Source: Marsupella aquatica (lineage: Eukaryota; Plantae; Marchantiophyta). From it: 64,000 nt of DNA. This document shows, piece by piece, positions 62,601 to 64,000 of the stretch. Under the pieces are notes generated by a model, which worked only from the letters and a program-made list of their open reading frames with translations, was not told the origin of the DNA and searched no databases. The DNA is taken from NCBI GenBank assembly GCA_973895155.1, contig OZ316897.1, positions 22,109,455-22,173,454 of the forward strand, read 5' to 3'. The stretch's first letter is position 1. Each line of letters begins with the position of its first letter. The position numbers were made by a program, and so were the translations under genes.

Positions 62601-64000
62601 AGCACTTAGCCTTGTTAAAGCTCAAGATAAAGGAGCTAGAGGACCAATTGAAGGCTGCAAACTCAGAGGAGGATGAGACTCAGGAAGACCAGCATTCAAG
62701 CAAGGAGAAGGAGGAGTTAAGTGCTGAAAATGCACCCGTCTATGGAGGCATGAGGTTGGCACAACTTGAGGGCACTTTTGACTCCACAATGAGGAACAAG
62801 ATGGAGGTGATTCGAGCTGAGCAGTACAGAACCATCTCTGTCCAGCAAGACAAGACCTTCAACTTGGGAAATGCCCTGGGATCAGGTGAAGAGAAAACTA
62901 TCCAAGATTTGCTAGGTGAATATGTGGATGTGTTTGCTTGGAGTCACTTGGATCTTACTGGTGTAAACCCTGAACTTGGTGAGCATAGAATCGACTTGAT
63001 GCTAGGAGCTTCACCTGTGAGACAAAGGCAATATCGGATGAATCCCAAGTACTCCTTGATGGTGAAGGAAGAGATAGACAAATTGCTGGAAGCAGGTTTC
63101 ATCTATCCTGTGTTGAATAGTGAGTGGGTTTCTCCAATTGTCATAGTACCAAAGAAACCAGGCTTGGATGGTAAGCCTAAGATCCGAGTTTGCCAAGACT
63201 TTAGGAAACTCAATGAGGCCACTAAGAAGGACCACTATCCCATTCCATTTACTGATATGGTACTTGATTTAGTAGCTGGTTGGGAAGTGTATAGCTTCCT
63301 AGATGGGTACTCAGGTTACAACCAGATTTGGATAAGGAAGGAGGACCAGTTGAAGACAGCCTTTACTACTGAGTGGGGGATTTATGCCTTTCGGAGGATG
63401 CCTTTTGGTCTTTGTAATGCCCCTGGTATGTTCCAAAGGTTGATGATGAATATCTTTCATGACTACTTGAGAAAGTTCTTGGAAGTATTCATAGATGACT
63501 TTGCTGTTTTTGGAAGGGGGAAGGACCATGTTGAACATTTGAGGATGACCTTCCAAAGATGTAGGGAAGTTGGTTTGAAGCTTCACCCAGGGAAGTGCTT
63601 CTTTGGTGTGGAAGAAGGGATACTACTTGGCCACAAGGTATCCAAGAAGGGCATAGAAGTGGACCAAGAGAAGGTTGCTGTTTGGATGGCTGTCAAGTTT
63701 CCAACTTCAGTGACAGAGTTGAGGGGATTCTTGGGATGTTTAAACTACTATAGAAGGTTCATTAAGGACTTTGCTAAAGTAGCTTTACCCCTAACCAGCA
63801 TGCTTAAGAAGGGGGCTGAGGTTGAACCCTCAGTTGAGAGGCTAGCAAGTTTTCAGGAGTTGAAGAACAGGTTGGTTGAAGCCCCTATCTTGATAGCACC
63901 AGATTGGAGTAGAGAATTTCATGTGTATGTGGATGTGTCTGGCTTTTGTATTGGTGTGGTGCTTAGTCAACTTGATGACCAGAATAGGGATCACCCTATC
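59642..64000 (+). CDS. gag-pol: Ty3/gypsy Gag-Pol polyprotein (5' part, open to window end)
   Basis: Starts MPTTRSQA; EDPDAWLEDF; three CCHC knuckles; PVDGGSG protease; CQDFRKLN, FLDGYSGYNQI, FIDDF RT; YVDVSGFCIG RNase H. Start and end are in the same frame, and the ORF track shows no terminated ORF in this frame. Confidence 0.93.
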   Translation, partial: MPTTRSQALKEASLSFNFGDQLEQPDWVDIHLQAEAEPGVGWSDTSSSTTNTSEDQEAAMVVTQRARFQYKTFHGKPKEDPDAWLEDFIGTAQANGEFDIKLTTLAGVLRGEARPWFNSLSNAIKNDWDAFKLAFLQEFRKVGEESEALIKMGQIRMGSKESVRRFLQRFQRLATKLDPRPVDSMLLAWFVASLPKKMGVSVRQSHPNTLDEAIEAAQSYRSAEISSSKSRRKKKRFAYSDSSSSSSESSSSVEDTSESESEESSSSSDSESDSEEDSEKKKKKKKKKAKRKSDQKRRASKKKPGGKHHKSATFNLVEGSTPATKEKKVMDNKMSEITNQLKALSVHFAGVQPDRRKVPVNRAHVWCVKCKSFGHTPQECQGWRNQVQYVNEESNDVYQASEVVDYFYEEAPEMVYQISGGPRTLQGRPAPPMAPQLMPGLQPRMVDQMGPQGPGGVARTTVVICWNCQKPGHYSNSCPEPRRQGQGAPYPLCAVCKREGHTTANCPIGSAAKMMIGRIEAPPPAVAKAPGEATVNFLSMEWQEEAKDGVTQVAGGENQPDLPGMETPEEEAVCYKVSTRSTRKKERVEERKKRKERKEHSTESPIEVEVGAEVQVPPAEDSDYKRDHPKLFYPKVNEEVKRQLEEMEAKEHQEAINKDLKVAKALKEKAEVEEKKETSKVPSYDIKKDVKDCLVTATVGQLIKDNPLYRRQLKEMLVGRRRRKLPKVGTPADVMMVCEDLGAPEIDVQVNGCVLSYVPVDGGSGVNIMIEATAQQLGFKKLQPTARTMRLANGARVLPVGTLTQVPTLIGGQEFLLNYLVMRPARPSTYPILIGRPWLYGAKVVSDWGKKEFRFGKPATSVSWGHDKHQGETTDELDEYDSELSDELSTKSESDEDEVYMLNMVSQWTEEEVFGEEQEQEALTSHSPLPSLSEVTSLEEVKQAETSAKESNQEDTITMAQEVDQTSKGAAQVEIKTRSNDQSLKAKHLALLKLKIKELEDQLKAANSEEDETQEDQHSSKEKEELSAENAPVYGGMRLAQLEGTFDSTMRNKMEVIRAEQYRTISVQQDKTFNLGNALGSGEEKTIQDLLGEYVDVFAWSHLDLTGVNPELGEHRIDLMLGASPVRQRQYRMNPKYSLMVKEEIDKLLEAGFIYPVLNSEWVSPIVIVPKKPGLDGKPKIRVCQDFRKLNEATKKDHYPIPFTDMVLDLVAGWEVYSFLDGYSGYNQIWIRKEDQLKTAFTTEWGIYAFRRMPFGLCNAPGMFQRLMMNIFHDYLRKFLEVFIDDFAVFGRGKDHVEHLRMTFQRCREVGLKLHPGKCFFGVEEGILLGHKVSKKGIEVDQEKVAVWMAVKFPTSVTELRGFLGCLNYYRRFIKDFAKVALPLTSMLKKGAEVEPSVERLASFQELKNRLVEAPILIAPDWSREFHVYVDVSGFCIGVVLSQLDDQNRDHPI

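Larger units (their letters stand above)
56309..64000 (+). mobile_element. Second Ty3/gypsy LTR retrotransposon (related family), truncated by window end
   Basis: The 83-bp repeat breaks at attga|TGTGGGA (56309). Putative LTR end TCCCAC(C) at ~59509, PBS at 59518, gag-pol from 59642. Confidence 0.88.

Overview
Eukaryotic land-plant genomic DNA; the TE lineages suggest a non-seed plant such as a bryophyte or lycophyte (inference). Left third: two tandemly duplicated, 13-exon-type GH1 beta-glucosidase genes on the minus strand. One is complete (15148-19358, 505 aa predicted) and one runs off the left edge. A degenerate Bianca-type Ty1/copia element with 114-bp LTRs (6588-13120) lies between them. 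Upstream of the second gene is a nest of TEs: a non-autonomous Helitron (21694-23266), a TA|CAGG-starting DNA element with an inverted duplication of a transposase-like exon, and a CACTA/En-Spm element starting at 27871 (nonsense-disrupted TnpD, a TnpA-like gene and a PHD-finger passenger gene). Two related non-chromovirus Ty3/gypsy elements are inserted into one 83-bp tandem repeat array that looks like the CACTA's other subterminal region. The most striking object is the intact, young Ty3 element at 41966-56067. Its ~4.0-kb LTRs each contain a complete 2.6-kb sense-strand gene (880/878 aa) starting ~100 nt downstream of the LTR TATA box. Its sister element (56309 onward) has no such ORF, is visibly CpG-depleted and has a different primer-binding site. 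All analysis was done by eye with no database searches; domain names come from motif recognition.
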